Below the pieces are notes generated by a model that was not told the DNA's origin, did not search any database, and worked only from the letters and a program-made list of their open reading frames with translations. DNA of 64,000 nt, from contig CAVZMH010000006.1 of assembly GCA_963776345.1 (NCBI GenBank), positions 24,288 to 88,287 of the forward strand, given 5' to 3'. Shown in pieces: positions 53,118 to 62,519 of the stretch (positions are counted from its first letter, which is position 1; each line of letters starts with the position of its first letter). The position numbers and the translations under genes are program-made. Origin of the DNA: an uncultured delta proteobacterium (lineage in GTDB: Bacteria > Myxococcota > Myxococcia > Myxococcales > Myxococcaceae).

Positions 53118-54335
53118 ATGAAAGCGCCGGAGCAGCCCCTGATCGAAGGTTCGGTGAGCAAGGGATTCGAGCCCGTGCGGCAGGCGTTCATCGAGAACTT
53201 CACTCGCCGGGGCGAGCTCGGGGGCGCGTGCTGCATCTACCAGGACGGCGAGAAGGTGGTCGACCTCTGGGGCGGCGTGCGGGACCGGGCGAGCGGCGAG
53301 CCGTGGCGCGAGGACACCATGGTCGTCGTCCACTCGACCACCAAGGGCATGGCGGCGATGGTCATGGCGCTCGCCCACTCACGCCGCTGGCTCGACTACG
53401 AGGAGCGCGTCTGCACCTACTGGCCCGAGTTCGCGCAGAACGGCAAGGAGCGAATCACGGTCCGCCAGCTGCTGGCCCATCAAGCGGGGTTGTTCGCGTT
53501 CGACGAGAAGGTCGACCGCGCGGTCGTCGCGGACCTCGATCGGCTGGCCGGAATCATGGCCCGGCAGCGGCCGATCTGGGAGCCGGGCGAGCGGCAGGCC
53601 TACCACGCGATCAGCCTCGGCTTCTACGAGGGCGAGATCATCCGCCGGGTCGATCCCGCGCATCGCACGCTGGGCCAGGTCTTCGACCAGGAGATCGCCA
53701 AGCCCCTCGGCGTCGAGTTCTACATCCGCGTGCCGGAGTCGATCCCCGATGCCCGGCTGGCGTGGCTCGAGCCGCCCAGTCTCTGGAAGCGGCTGACCGG
53801 GCTGCCGCTGTCGCTCACGCTGGCCGCGCTGAATCGGCGCTCGGTCGTCTACCGATCGCTGGTCGCCAACCCCGGGACGACGTTCTACCTGGATCCGCAT
53901 CGGGTGATTGCGCGGAACCTGGAGGCTCCCTCCGGGGGCGGCGTCGGCACTGCGCGGGGGATCGCCAGGGCCTACGGCGTGTTCGCCACCGGGGGCCGCG
54001 AGCTCGGGCTGCGGCCCGAGACCATCGAGGCGCTGATGGCGCCGGCGACCCCGGCGCGCCACGGCTTCTTCGACGAGTGCTTCGATGGGCCCGCGAAGTT
54101 CTCGCTCGGGTTCATGAAGCCCAGCGAGTCGATTCCCTTCGGCCATGCCAGCGCGTTCGGAGCGCCGGGAGCGGGCGGCTCGATGGGCTACGCCGACCCC
54201 GAGGTCGGCATCGGCTACGGCTACGTCACGAACCGGATGGGCATGCGCCTCGAGGGCGATCCGCGAGACCTCGCGCTGCGGGCGGCGATTCCGGAAGGGA
54301 GAGCAGTTCGGGCGTTCGTATCGAAGGCGGGGTAA
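53118..54335 (+). CDS. serine hydrolase, beta-lactamase-fold esterase (family VIII/EstA-like)
   Basis: HSTTKG (SxxK), LLAHQAGL, WEPG...AYHA, GAGGSMGYADP; no signal peptide. Confidence 0.9.
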   Translation: MKAPEQPLIEGSVSKGFEPVRQAFIENFTRRGELGGACCIYQDGEKVVDLWGGVRDRASGEPWREDTMVVVHSTTKGMAAMVMALAHSRRWLDYEERVCTYWPEFAQNGKERITVRQLLAHQAGLFAFDEKVDRAVVADLDRLAGIMARQRPIWEPGERQAYHAISLGFYEGEIIRRVDPAHRTLGQVFDQEIAKPLGVEFYIRVPESIPDARLAWLEPPSLWKRLTGLPLSLTLAALNRRSVVYRSLVANPGTTFYLDPHRVIARNLEAPSGGGVGTARGIARAYGVFATGGRELGLRPETIEALMAPATPARHGFFDECFDGPAKFSLGFMKPSESIPFGHASAFGAPGAGGSMGYADPEVGIGYGYVTNRMGMRLEGDPRDLALRAAIPEGRAVRAFVSKAG

Positions 54336-54397
54336 GCGACAATCTCGGCCAAGGCTGGACTAGGGGAGTCGGAGTCGCAGGCGAGGTCCACCGCGGT

Positions 54398-55360
54398 TCA
54401 GCCCAGCCTCAGTCGCCGCAACGAGTCGTGGAGCGTCGTCCGGGGAATGCCCAGCCGGCGCGCGGCATCGGCCTTGTTGCCCCCCGCGGCGCGCAGCGCA
54501 TCGACGATCGAACGGGCCTCGATCCCTGCGGCCTCGGCCCTGATCGCCTCCACCACCGTCTCTGGCGCGCCGCCCGAGGGTGCGGGCCCGCCGAGGCCGA
54601 GATCCGAAGGGAGGATCGCGCTTCCGGGCTTCGCAAGAACCACCGCGCGCTCCACCGCGTTACGGAGCTCGCGCGTGTTTCCCGGCCAGGGGTAGGCCGA
54701 GAGCGAATCCAGTGCCGCGTCGGTCAAGCTCACCTGCTTGCCGAGCTCGCGGGTGAATTCCAGGACGAAGGCCCGCGCGAGGAGCTTGATGTCCTCGAGC
54801 CGCTCGCGCAGCGGGGGGACGAACAGCCGCAGGACATTGAGGCGATAGAAGAGGTCCTCTCTGAAACTGCCCGCACCAACGCGTTCTTCGAGCTTCGCAT
54901 TGGTTGCAGCGACGACGCGAACGTCCACCGCGCGCGTCTGATTGCTCCCGATGCGCTCGAACTCTCGCTCCTGAAGGAAGCGCAACAGGGCGATCTGCGC
55001 CCGGACCGGCATTTCGCCGACCTCATCCAGGAAGAGCGTCCCTCCGTCGGCTGCCTCGAGCCGACCGACGCGGGTACGCTGGGCTCCGGTGAACGCTCCC
55101 TGCTCGTGCCCGAAGAGCTCGGACTCGAGGAGGCCATCGCAGTACGCGGCGCAGTTGACCGCCACCAGAGGTCGGCCGGCCCGGGGGCTCCGGACGTGGA
55201 TCTCCCGGGCCAGGAGCTCCTTCCCGGTTCCAGTCTCGCCGAGGAGGAGCACCGTGCTCGCGCTGACCGCGACCGCGTCCAGGACCGCCCCGATGGAACG
55301 AAGCCCGCTGTCGAGCCCGAGGAGCAGGGGTTCGGAGGGGGCCGCCGGAAGTCGTCGCAT
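54398..55360 (-). CDS. sigma54-dependent transcriptional activator (AAA+ plus Fis HTH, no sensor domain)
   Basis: GETGTGKE, ESELFGH, GAFTGA, LFLDEVGE, FREDLFYRLN, WPGNTREL, HTH; only about 30 aa precede the AAA domain. Confidence 0.92.
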   Translation of the reverse strand: MRRLPAAPSEPLLLGLDSGLRSIGAVLDAVAVSASTVLLLGETGTGKELLAREIHVRSPRAGRPLVAVNCAAYCDGLLESELFGHEQGAFTGAQRTRVGRLEAADGGTLFLDEVGEMPVRAQIALLRFLQEREFERIGSNQTRAVDVRVVAATNAKLEERVGAGSFREDLFYRLNVLRLFVPPLRERLEDIKLLARAFVLEFTRELGKQVSLTDAALDSLSAYPWPGNTRELRNAVERAVVLAKPGSAILPSDLGLGGPAPSGGAPETVVEAIRAEAAGIEARSIVDALRAAGGNKADAARRLGIPRTTLHDSLRRLRLG

Positions 55361-55473
55361 GCCGACGGGTGAGGCAACCGGCGTGCCGGGGACGATTCGA
55401 GCGATTCCGGTCAGTCTCGGGCCGACGAACGGCACAACGTGCGCAGGCTGCTGCGCAATGTGGGCAGGTCTGT

Positions 55474-58400
55474 TCAGTCGAGCGCCGCCAGGAGCCCACG
55501 CGCCAGGCGTTCCACCCGGACGAATCCGAGTGCTCTGGCCTCGTCGGCCAGCGCTGCCGCGTCCCGGTGCGCTCGACGGGGGTCGGGGTGGGCCATCGCG
55601 GTTGCAAGACCGAGCCGCGCGTCCAGCTCGGAGCGCTTTGCGCCCTGGCGCTCGGTCACCTCTGCCAGCGAGCGGAGCTCCGTCATCGCCGGGCCCTCTC
55701 CGGAGTCTTGCGCCTCGAGCTCGACCAGGACCAGCAGGGCCTGGACCCGGGCGTTGAGCGCGCTGGACCTCCGGGCGTTCTCCAGGGCGGAGCGGGCCAG
55801 CCGCTCGGCTGTCCCACGGTCGTTCGCCCGGAGCGCACATCGGGCCTCGACGGCAGCAGCGAACGCCTGGCTTGCGAGGGGCGTGGTCCCTCGGCTCCCG
55901 TCGGTTGCTCGCAGACGGGCCAGTCCGTCCTGCGGATGGCCTTCCTCGCAGTCGAGCATCGCGAGATAACTCGCCGCGTCCAGGCCGAGGAAGCTGTCGG
56001 ACCGCACCGAGAGCAGCGCCTGGCGCGCCTCTGCCGGGTGACCGGCCTCGCGCTGGAGCACGCCGAGGTAGAGGCCGAGGGTATAGGCCGGCGGACCGTC
56101 CCCGGCCTCCGACTGCTGGCGGGCTCTATCGAACCAGCGCCGAGCGCCGGCGAGGCGCCCCCCGAGGAACTCGATGTTCCCCAGCTCCGCGAGCTCCATC
56201 GGGAAGCCGCCGTCAGCCGCCAGCTCCATGTCGTGCTCGACGCGCCTGACCGTCGCCAGCGCCGACCGGAGGTCCCCGGTGCGAGCCTGTTGCCCGGCCA
56301 GGTAGGAGAGCGCCGCGTGGGCCTCGGCGAAGTTGCCAAGGGCTTCCTCGAGCCGGGCCGACTCCTCGAACTTCGCGATGGCAGCTGCCATCTGTCCCTT
56401 CCGGGCCTCCACGAAACCCTGGTGGACCAGGACCCTCTCCAGCTCGTCGTCCGCGCTGGCGTTCCGGAGGATTGCCTCGGCCTCCTTCAGCGCCGCCTCC
56501 GCCTCGGTCGACTGGCCCTTGAGTATCAGCAGGGTCTGCGCCTGGAGTAGGCGCGTCCGTGCGAGCAGATGGGGTGCGCCCAGCGCCCGGGCTCGTGCCT
56601 CCGCAGGTCCGAGGACATCCAGCGCCTTGGCGGGCTCGGAGAGGTCCAGCCGGCCAATCGCCTCCTGCAGGTCAAGCCGAAGATCCTGCCCGGTCGGTCC
56701 GGGACGGTGCCGCATCGCCGCAATCACACTCACTGCCGACGCGGCTGGAGCCGTCTGCGCATAGCGCAGCGCCTCCTCGACCGAGTCGGGGTGCGCCTCG
56801 AGGAGACGCTGGTAGATCGCCGCTGCGCCTGCGTCGTCATGTTCGGAGCGCCGGAGGAGCGCCTCGGCTCTCGATCGCCAGTCCCCTGGCAGCTGCTCGG
56901 CGAGGGCGAGTGCCTCGCGGGCCATGAGCCGGGCGGCGTCGAGGCGGCCGAGATCGAGCAACGTTTCCACCAGCGCGAGGCGGCTGGGCAGGAAGGTGGC
57001 ATCCTGCCTCATCGATTGCTCGAACCCGGTGCGTGCGCGCTCGAGCTGCCGTTGCTCCCGGAAGCGCAGTCCTTCGGCGAAGCTCTGGAGAGCCGCCTGC
57101 GTCCGGGGCCGAGTCGTCTGGAGGCCGATCACCTCTCCGGGCGAAAGCTCGCCTCCTCCCAGGAGGTTGCGCAGCCGGCTCCCGGCGCGCCCCACCAGGG
57201 TCGGAAGGGTGGCGACCGTCGCGGTCTCCGAGAGAATGGCCAGGGTCTGCCCGGTCGCGGTGTCACGGGCCAGCACATCCAGCCTGAGCTCTGCGTCCGG
57301 GTGTGCCCCGCCGGTCAGCGTCCCCGCGACCGCGACGTCCGCCCCCACCAGCGACCGGAGTCGTTCCAGGTCGTCCGCGCCGCCGGGGCCGGGCGAGCCC
57401 TCACTGGAAGCTTGTCTGAGCCTGGCGACGCTACCGCGGTCGAGGACGCGGAGCTTGTCACCGGCCCCCAGCTCCGCGGCCAGTATCTCGCCCACCGCCT
57501 CGGAGACCCAGGCAGTGGAGGGGACCGCCGGCTGAAGACGAAACGGCAGAACTGCGATGGACCGCCGTGCAGTCCTCGCCGGTGCCACGCCCCGCGCGCG
57601 CAGATGTAGCGACACCGGAACGGTCGCGGTGGCGAGCGCCAGGGCGAGCAGTGCTGCCCAGCGCCATCCGGGACGGCGAGGTGCTTGCCCCTCCAGAGCC
57701 TCGAGCACCGACTGGACGGTTCCCGGGCGCCTGCGCGGATCTCGCTGCAGGCAGGCCTGGATGGTCCGGTCCCAGCGGACTGGCAGGGTCGCCACCCGAG
57801 ATCTCGCCGTGGGCGCGGCGTGGTGGAGCCGCATCACGGCCGTGGCCAGCGGCGTCTCCCCCACGAAGGGGAATTCCCCGGTGACCATCTGGAAGATCAA
57901 CACCCCCAGTGCGTAAACATCGGTGCGCTCGTCGATCGCCCCGGAGGTGATCTGCTCGGGGGCCATGGAGTGAGGAGAGCCGACCGGGAACCCGGTCGCG
58001 GTCTCGGCGTTCTCGGCGGCGTCGCGGACCAGAGCGCGGGCGATTCCGAAGTCCGCGACCACCACCCGCGGAACGCCGGCCGACTCGAGCGGGCGCGCGA
58101 CGAAGACGTTGCTGGCCTTGAGATCCCGGTGGACCACTCCCTCGGCATGGGCAGCGGCCAGGCCCGCCACCAGCTGGCGGATGACGGGAAGTGCCTCTTC
58201 GGGCGGCAGTCGCCCACTCGCACGCAGGTGCGCCGAGAGCGTCTCGCCCTCGAGCAGCTCCATGGTCAAGAAGGGAGGAGCCGCCTCGTCGCCGGCGAAG
58301 AACTCGAAGACCCGGAGCACGTTGGGGTGCGAGACCCGCCGGGACAGCCGAACCTCCCGCTCGAGTCGGGTCCGCTCCGCGGCGCTTCCCTCGCCCCGGC

Positions 58401-58629
58401 GGAAGGTCTTGAGAGCCACCCGGACCCGGAGCACCTCGTCGAAAGCCTCGAAGACCTCGCCCATTCCGCCGCTGGCGATGTGACGCACCAGCCGGAACCT
58501 GCCCGTGAGGAGCAGGCCCGCGCCCAGGAGAGACGGGGATGTCTGCGGAGCTGGCGAGGAGGCCGGTTGGGCGCCGGCATTCGCCTCCCCGGGGCGGGTC
58601 AGGACCTCGGTCGTCTCTTGCCCGGGCAT
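55474..58629 (-). CDS. Hanks-type Ser/Thr protein kinase with TolB-N-like and TPR-like regions
   Basis: SGGMGEV, VALK, HRDLKASN, DFG, MAPE, DVYALG; hydrophobic segment; RSIAVLPF; long helical repeats. Confidence 0.92.
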   Translation of the reverse strand: MPGQETTEVLTRPGEANAGAQPASSPAPQTSPSLLGAGLLLTGRFRLVRHIASGGMGEVFEAFDEVLRVRVALKTFRRGEGSAAERTRLEREVRLSRRVSHPNVLRVFEFFAGDEAAPPFLTMELLEGETLSAHLRASGRLPPEEALPVIRQLVAGLAAAHAEGVVHRDLKASNVFVARPLESAGVPRVVVADFGIARALVRDAAENAETATGFPVGSPHSMAPEQITSGAIDERTDVYALGVLIFQMVTGEFPFVGETPLATAVMRLHHAAPTARSRVATLPVRWDRTIQACLQRDPRRRPGTVQSVLEALEGQAPRRPGWRWAALLALALATATVPVSLHLRARGVAPARTARRSIAVLPFRLQPAVPSTAWVSEAVGEILAAELGAGDKLRVLDRGSVARLRQASSEGSPGPGGADDLERLRSLVGADVAVAGTLTGGAHPDAELRLDVLARDTATGQTLAILSETATVATLPTLVGRAGSRLRNLLGGGELSPGEVIGLQTTRPRTQAALQSFAEGLRFREQRQLERARTGFEQSMRQDATFLPSRLALVETLLDLGRLDAARLMAREALALAEQLPGDWRSRAEALLRRSEHDDAGAAAIYQRLLEAHPDSVEEALRYAQTAPAASAVSVIAAMRHRPGPTGQDLRLDLQEAIGRLDLSEPAKALDVLGPAEARARALGAPHLLARTRLLQAQTLLILKGQSTEAEAALKEAEAILRNASADDELERVLVHQGFVEARKGQMAAAIAKFEESARLEEALGNFAEAHAALSYLAGQQARTGDLRSALATVRRVEHDMELAADGGFPMELAELGNIEFLGGRLAGARRWFDRARQQSEAGDGPPAYTLGLYLGVLQREAGHPAEARQALLSVRSDSFLGLDAASYLAMLDCEEGHPQDGLARLRATDGSRGTTPLASQAFAAAVEARCALRANDRGTAERLARSALENARRSSALNARVQALLVLVELEAQDSGEGPAMTELRSLAEVTERQGAKRSELDARLGLATAMAHPDPRRAHRDAAALADEARALGFVRVERLARGLLAALD

Positions 58630-58774
58630 CGATCCAACCTGCGCATCACGGCGGCGGGGGCCTCCCGACCGCCGATCCTCTGTCGGCCCTCGACTGGATT
58701 ACTTCCCTGGAATCTTCGGTCTCTCGTCAGCAACGGGGAAGCGTTCGGGTCCCTTCGGAAGGGGTGATTCGCTG

Positions 58775-58790
58775 GGGCATGTCAGTTGCA
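58775..58790 (+). promoter_or_regulatory. sigma54 (-24/-12) promoter
   Basis: GGGCATGTCAGTTGCA: GG-N10-GC with TTGCA, close to consensus TGGCAC-N5-TTGCW, just upstream of the PPTase-led operon. Confidence 0.65.
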
Positions 58791-58807
58791 ACAGGAAAGG
58801 CGCTTCA

Positions 58808-59614
58808 GTGATTCGCGCCGTTTCAACTGCCGCACCCGTCCTCCTCTTCGAGCTCTCGACGGCGCGCTGGGCCGCGGCAGCGGAAGTGCTGGGACTGCTG
58901 AGTCCGGAGGAGCGACCGAGCAACGCAGTTGCCGGTCGCCCCGAGCGGTACGCTGCGCTCGTCTGGAGTCGGGTGCTCACCCGCGTGGTCATCGGTGGTG
59001 TGTTCGGGCTCCCCCCGAGACTCGTGGAGCTTCACCGCACTCCACTGGGGCGGCCCTTCCTCGCCCACCCGGCCCCTCTCGAGCTGAACGCCTCCCAGGT
59101 CCCTGCGCGCGTCGCACTGGTCGTCTCCAGAGCTGGGAGGCGGATCGGGCTCGACCTGGAGGACGCCTCTCGTGAGGTCGACATCGTCCGGCTGGCACGC
59201 CGGGTCCTCCATACCCGGGAACAGGACGACCTCGCGCGCTTCACCGGCCGCGCCAGGAAGCGCCGCTTCCTCCGGTACTGGACCTTGAAGGAGGCGCTCC
59301 TCAAGGCGCGGGGGACCGGACTGACCGAGCCGCCGGAGTCGCTGCTCTTCGCACTGGACCCTGTTCCGCGACTTTTGGACGGCGGGCGGCGAGAGCACTG
59401 GCGGTTCGCTCAGCTCTGGCTCGACGAGACCATCGTCGCAGCCGTCGCGCGCGAGGGGACCGCGCCAGTCGGCCTGGTCCGGGTGGGGGAAGGACGGACC
59501 CGCGCCCTTCTGGAGGCGCATCAGGCAGTACACGACGCTCAGCCGCCGTCGACGGACAGCGGCGGTTTCCGACAACTGGCGACGGCCCTGGCGGTGTCTG
59601 CCCGGCGCAGATGA
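58808..59614 (+). CDS. Sfp-type 4'-phosphopantetheinyl transferase
   Basis: GRPFL, IGLDLE, FLRYWTLKEALLKARGTGL; NASQ where NxSH is usual. Confidence 0.88.
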   Translation: MIRAVSTAAPVLLFELSTARWAAAAEVLGLLSPEERPSNAVAGRPERYAALVWSRVLTRVVIGGVFGLPPRLVELHRTPLGRPFLAHPAPLELNASQVPARVALVVSRAGRRIGLDLEDASREVDIVRLARRVLHTREQDDLARFTGRARKRRFLRYWTLKEALLKARGTGLTEPPESLLFALDPVPRLLDGGRREHWRFAQLWLDETIVAAVAREGTAPVGLVRVGEGRTRALLEAHQAVHDAQPPSTDSGGFRQLATALAVSARRR

Positions 59615-60201
59615 GGAGAATCCCGGGCGCCCTCGGGCTGGCCCGGTCGTTGCTCTGCCGGCGCGCCATGAGCGAGATGGCGCTGTTCCCCGGCTTCAGC
59701 TTCCTTGACCATGTCGAGCTTCTGGAACGGGGGAGGGCGGCCGAGGGCACCTGGTCCCTCGACGCCGGGATGCCGCTGCTACGCGCGCACTTTCCGCTTC
59801 GGCCCATGCTCCCAGGGTCGATCCTCATCGAGTCCTTCGCCCAGCTGGGGAGCCTGCTCCTCGAGGCCAGCCTCGGCTTCGCCAAGAAGGCACTTCCGGT
59901 CTGGATCGAGGGCGTCCGCTTTCGCCGCGCGGTGGAAGGCGCGACCCCGGTCCGGGTCCGGGTCCGGGTGGAGCTGGTGCGCGCCAGGCCCGGCGCAGCC
60001 GAGCTCGATGCCTCGGCCCACCAGCATGGGGCTCGATGCGCGCACGGCCGGCTCGGGTTCGCGCTCGCGCCGATGAGCGAGTACTTCGGCCCGGAGCACC
60101 TTCGCGCCTTCCGGAAGTGGCTGGAGCCACGGCTCGACACGGCTCGCCTGGTGAACTTCCCGCAGCCGCCGCTGGAGGCGCTCCGTGAGTACGGCGGCTG
60201 A
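59611..60201 (+). CDS. FabA/FabZ-type 3-hydroxyacyl-ACP dehydratase
   Basis: FSFLDHV, AHFPLRPMLPGSILIESFAQ, VRFRRAV; ATGA overlap with the PPTase. Confidence 0.82.
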   Translation: MRRIPGALGLARSLLCRRAMSEMALFPGFSFLDHVELLERGRAAEGTWSLDAGMPLLRAHFPLRPMLPGSILIESFAQLGSLLLEASLGFAKKALPVWIEGVRFRRAVEGATPVRVRVRVELVRARPGAAELDASAHQHGARCAHGRLGFALAPMSEYFGPEHLRAFRKWLEPRLDTARLVNFPQPPLEALREYGG

Positions 60202-61489
60202 GCGGGTGGTGGTCACGGGGATTGGGGTGGTCACCCCGCTCGGGGTGGGCGTGGCGCCGTTCTGGGCGGGGGTCGAGGCGGGCGTCTCGGCGGCCTCGGC
60301 GATCGACCGGTTCGACGTCGAGGAGTGGCCCACCCGCATCGGTTGTCAGGTACCGCCCGAGTTCGAGGCGTTGGCCGCCGACCTCCTGGGGAAGTCGGTG
60401 AAGACCATGAGCCGCGCCGCCCAGTTTGCGTCGGTCGCCGCCGAGCTGGCACTGATGGATGCGGGACTTCCGCGGCGAGCGGCGCGGCCCGAGCGCGCGG
60501 GGGTCGTGCTGGGAACCGGAGGGGTCGGCCTCCATGACCTCGACTACACGCTCGTGCTGACGCGGCTGGCGCGCGAGATCGGGGAGTGGTCGCCCGCCGC
60601 GCACGTCCCGGAGCTCGTCCGGCGGCGGATGAATCCCCTGGTCCCGCTGAAGCTTCTTCCCAACCTGGCCGCGTCGCACCTCTCGATCGCCCACGATCTC
60701 CAGGGCGAGAGCCTGACCGTCTGCACCGCCTGCACGTCGGGAACGCAGGCCATCGGCCAGGCACTCCGAGTTCTCCGCAGCGGTGCGCAAGACGTCGTTC
60801 TCGCGGGCGCGACGGATGCGATGGTGAACCCGGCCGGGCTCCTGGGCTTCGGACTGCTGGGCGTTCTCTCCACGCGGAACGACAGCCCCCGGAAGGCCTC
60901 GCGCCCCTTCGATCGCTCGCGGGACGGGTTCGTGATCGGCGAGGGGGCTGCGCTCCTGGTCCTCGAGCGGCTCGAGCATGCGCAGGCACGGGGGAGCCGC
61001 GTGTATGCCGAGCTCCTCGGCTACGGCTGCGCGGCCGACGCCTACCGGGTCACCGATGAGCATCCGGACGCCCGAGGCAGCGTCCAGGCGATGCAGCGCG
61101 CCCTCCGGGATGCCGGGATCTCGCCCGCGGAGGTGGGGTACGTGAATGCGCACGGAACCGGGACCCGGATGAACGACGTCACCGAGTCCCGGGCAATCCA
61201 TCAGGTCTTCGGGCCCCGGGCGGCTTCCCTCCCGGTCAGCTCCTGCAAGTCGGAGTTCGGTCACCTGGTCGCGGCGGCGGGAGCGGTGGAGACCGCGGCC
61301 ACCGCCCTCGCCCTGCATCACGGGGTCCTGCCCCCGAGCATCAACGTCCGCGAACGAGATCCAGAGGTCGTTCTCGACGTGGTCTCGGAGGGCGCCCGGC
61401 CGGCGCCGGTGAAGGTGGCGCTCAAGAACTCATTCGGTTTCGGGGGTCAGAACGCCTGCCTGGTGCTGGGGCGCTGGGAGGAGCAATGA
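60185..61489 (+). CDS. beta-ketoacyl-ACP synthase (FabF-type)
   Basis: RVVVTGIG, TACTSG, SRPFDRSRDGFV, NAHGTGT, KSEFGH, NSFGFGG (C-H-H triad intact). Confidence 0.93.
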   Translation: MSTAAERVVVTGIGVVTPLGVGVAPFWAGVEAGVSAASAIDRFDVEEWPTRIGCQVPPEFEALAADLLGKSVKTMSRAAQFASVAAELALMDAGLPRRAARPERAGVVLGTGGVGLHDLDYTLVLTRLAREIGEWSPAAHVPELVRRRMNPLVPLKLLPNLAASHLSIAHDLQGESLTVCTACTSGTQAIGQALRVLRSGAQDVVLAGATDAMVNPAGLLGFGLLGVLSTRNDSPRKASRPFDRSRDGFVIGEGAALLVLERLEHAQARGSRVYAELLGYGCAADAYRVTDEHPDARGSVQAMQRALRDAGISPAEVGYVNAHGTGTRMNDVTESRAIHQVFGPRAASLPVSSCKSEFGHLVAAAGAVETAATALALHHGVLPPSINVRERDPEVVLDVVSEGARPAPVKVALKNSFGFGGQNACLVLGRWEEQ

Positions 61490-61779
61490 CCCGGGAGTCC
61501 ATCGAGCACGACCTGCGGTCGATCATCGTCACCATCCTCTCCGTTCCCCCGGAGCGGGTTACCGCCGACGCCCGGCTGATCGACGATCTCGGTGCGGAGA
61601 GCATCGACCTCCTGGACCTGCGCTTCCGGATTGAGGACGCGCTCGGGCTGCAACTCAGCCAGGCACAGCTCGCCGAGGGCCTGGGGACGGACGGCACCGC
61701 CGCCGACTTCCGGGCCCGCTGCACGGTCGGTGCGCTCGCTGCGCTCCTGGCGCGCTGTTCGGGGGCCAGCGGTGTCTGA
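61486..61779 (+). CDS. acyl carrier protein
   Basis: LIDDLGAESIDLLDL (Ser attachment site in ESID); ATGA overlap with the KS. Confidence 0.88.
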   Translation: MTRESIEHDLRSIIVTILSVPPERVTADARLIDDLGAESIDLLDLRFRIEDALGLQLSQAQLAEGLGTDGTAADFRARCTVGALAALLARCSGASGV

Positions 61780-62510
61780 GGGACCGGTCACCGTCGTCGC
61801 CGGTGGCACGCGGGGGCTGGGCGCAGCCGTGGCCCGGCGCCTTGCCTCACCCGGAGAACGGATGCTGCTCGGCTATCTGGAGCGGCGAGCAGAGGCGGAG
61901 GCGCTGGCCGAGGAGCTGCGAGCCCGCGGAGCGGTGGTCTCGCTCCTTCCGGGCAACTTGCTTCTCCCGGCGACGCGGGAGCAGTACGCAGACCAGGTTC
62001 GCAGGTGGGGAAACCGCTGTGACCGGTTGGTCCACGCGGTGGCGCTGACCTCCTTCAAGCCCCTCTCCGAGATCCGCCCCAACCAGTGGGAGGCGATCGT
62101 CGGGGTCTCGGCCTTCACCGTCCTGGGCCTGGTCCAAGCGCTCCGAGAACCTCTGGCGGGCGCGCACGGCTCGGTGGTGGCTCTCTAGCGCCGGAAGCGT
62201 CCGGCATCTGCCTCGGTATGGAGCGCTGGGATGCGCCAAGGCAGCCCTGGAGTCCATCGTCCGATCGCTCGCTTCCGAGCTGGCGACGGAGCGGATCCGG
62301 GTGAACGCCGTTCGCCCCGGCCTCATCGAGGGAGACGCTGTGCAGCGGCTGCCCCCGGATTTGGTCGAACGGGTCGTGGCCCGGACGCCGGCAGGCAGGC
62401 TCGGTCACGCCGACGAGGTGTCCGAGGTGGTGGCCTTTCTTCTCTCCGCTGCGTCGTCCTGGGTGGTGGGTCAGGTGTTCGACGTGGACGGTGGTTTCAA
62501 CCTGAGCTGA
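61772..62510 (+). pseudogene. FabL-like enoyl-ACP reductase (SDR) with a 2-nt frameshift
   Basis: GGTRGLG; adding one CT to the (CT)3 run at 62181-62186 gives SVVALSSAGSVRHLPRYGALGCAKAALE (Y-X6-K) through VNAVRPG to VDGG. Confidence 0.8.
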
Positions 62511-62519
62511 GGAACGTGC

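Noticed and set aside
53118..54335. Beta-lactam resistance gene
   Set aside because: No signal peptide, no YxN or KTG motifs; pattern fits family VIII esterases
55430..55445. GG-N10-GC motif CGGCACAACGTGCGCA
   Set aside because: Points antisense into the kinase and away from the activator gene, and lacks TTGC; probably chance
55361..55840. Possible N-terminal sensor domain of the sigma54 activator in the longer 480-aa ORF
   Set aside because: Overlaps the kinase 3' end in another frame and is low-complexity with no domain signature
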